Part shown: in pieces, positions 26,938 to 27,966 of the stretch
Position numbering within the stretch: the first letter of the stretch is position 1
Layout: every line of letters starts with the position of its first letter
Assembly: GCA_021200395.1 (NCBI GenBank)
Contig: JAJQGQ010000103.1
Coordinates: forward strand, 2,747-30,712
Source of the DNA: Erysipelotrichaceae bacterium
GTDB lineage: Bacteria; Bacillota_I; Bacilli_A; Erysipelotrichales; Coprobacillaceae
Length of the DNA stretch: 27,966 nt
Reading direction: 5' to 3'
The notes under the pieces: model-generated
Seen by the model: the letters and a program-made list of their open reading frames with translations, nothing else
Told to the model about the DNA's origin: nothing
Database searches by the model: none
Made by a program: the position numbers and the translations under genes

Positions 26938-27702
26938 GTGATTTATATGAATTTATATCTTTATTTATCTAGTAAGCCAACATTCAATATGAATGATGTC
27001 AATAGATTTTATGACAATATTGATAGTGCACGTTCAGCAGTTAAACGTTTACTAAAACAAAAACTCGTTTTAAAAATAAGAAACAATTTATATACATGTG
27101 CTAATGGTATGGGGCCATTAGCTAATCGTTTTCAAATAGCTAGTGCTATTACTGATACCTCTTATGTCTCCTATCATACAGCCATGGAATATTATGGTAC
27201 ATACAATCAGGTATATTATGAAGTATATGTATCTTCAGATACTAAATTTAATAATTTTGAATTTGATGGTTATCGCTATATATATGTTCCTTCAAAATCA
27301 AAAATAGGAATTATCAATCAATCAAATAATATTAAAATAACTGATTTGGAACGGTCCATAGTTGATTGTATAAAAAATATGGACAAAATATCTGGTATTG
27401 AAGAAATTATATCTATTATTGAAGATTCACCACTATTAAACGAAGAGAAAATACGTATTTACTTAAAAGAATATAATAATCAATTTTTATACCAAAAAGT
27501 TGGATTCTTATTGGAAAATATATATTCTGCTAGTAACTTATCAGAAGATTTTTTTGAATCTTGTCTTTCACATATAGGTAAAAGTTGTCGTTATTTAACT
27601 AGTGATTATAAAAAAGGAACTTTCAATAAAAAATGGAATCTAATTATACCAGATCCAATTTATTATTCTAAGAACGGAGAGTTACCAAATGAAATTATAT
27701 GA
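26938..27702 (+). CDS. abiEi: Type IV TA antitoxin, AbiEi-like (winged-HTH N-terminus)
   Basis: LVLKIRNNLY, SYVSYHTAMEYYG, ITDLERSIVDCI, YQKVGFLLE, KKWNLII; adjacent to an AbiEii gene. The start may be the ATG at 26947. Confidence 0.85.
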   Translation: MIYMNLYLYLSSKPTFNMNDVNRFYDNIDSARSAVKRLLKQKLVLKIRNNLYTCANGMGPLANRFQIASAITDTSYVSYHTAMEYYGTYNQVYYEVYVSSDTKFNNFEFDGYRYIYVPSKSKIGIINQSNNIKITDLERSIVDCIKNMDKISGIEEIISIIEDSPLLNEEKIRIYLKEYNNQFLYQKVGFLLENIYSASNLSEDFFESCLSHIGKSCRYLTSDYKKGTFNKKWNLIIPDPIYYSKNGELPNEII

Positions 27703-27966
27703 TAAGGAAACGCTAGAAAACATATCTAATAATTATGATTTTTCAAGAGATATGTATGAAAAAGTATTAAGATTAAGAGATGTTTTAAGTTATTTTTCAT
27801 GCGATGATGTATTGTCAAAGCATTTGGCATTAAAAGGTGGCACTGCCATAAATATGGCTATTTTTGACTTGCCAAGATTATCAGTTGATATTGATTTAGA
27901 TTATATTCCTAATGACACTAAAGAACAAATGTTAATTAACAGAGAATTAATTACAGATTGTATAAA
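27689..27966 (+). CDS. abiEii: AbiEii/AbiGii nucleotidyltransferase toxin (5' part; truncated by the window edge)
   Basis: Manual translation from ATG 27689 (GGAGAG 7 nt upstream): MKLYDKETLENISNNYDFSRDMYEKVLRL...LALKGGTAINMAIFDLPRLSVDIDLDY, containing the KGGT...R.S.D.D motif. 14-nt overlap with abiEi. Confidence 0.9.
   Translation, partial: MKLYDKETLENISNNYDFSRDMYEKVLRLRDVLSYFSCDDVLSKHLALKGGTAINMAIFDLPRLSVDIDLDYIPNDTKEQMLINRELITDCI

Noticed and set aside
26927-26938. ATGAAAGCGAAG matches the start of the carA leader ORF (16302-16291)
   Set aside because: An isolated 12-mer with no flanking similarity; treated as chance.

Overview
Very AT-rich Firmicute chromosomal window. The gene content and SigA-type promoters with GGAGG ribosome-binding sites (RBS) suggest a gut Bacillota, possibly Erysipelotrichaceae-like; this is an inference. 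Housekeeping and metabolic genes: a partial multi-PepSY protein, a fused MacB-like ABC ATPase/permease, a SAM methyltransferase, a nitroreductase, an M20 peptidase, tgt-queA-queH, carA-carB plus a second stand-alone carB, HxlR/flavin reductase, KptA/Tpt1, an MFS transporter and MarR-MATE. Accessory content: three toxin-antitoxin classes (MqsR-like toxin with a Zn-finger/HTH/Panacea antitoxin; an unannotated type I holin-like toxin with antisense RNA plus a second paralogous RNA unit; AbiEi/AbiEii at the right edge) and a 172-bp highly palindromic insertion that splits an XRE-membrane gene. The most notable observation is that both carbamoyl-phosphate synthase transcription units carry the same leader design: a promoter, a short leader ORF with a U-rich tract, and an ACATATC/GATATGT terminator with the leader stop codon in its loop. 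No PyrR site is present, and the design resembles E. coli pyrL-type coupling attenuation. All analysis was by eye; no searches were run.
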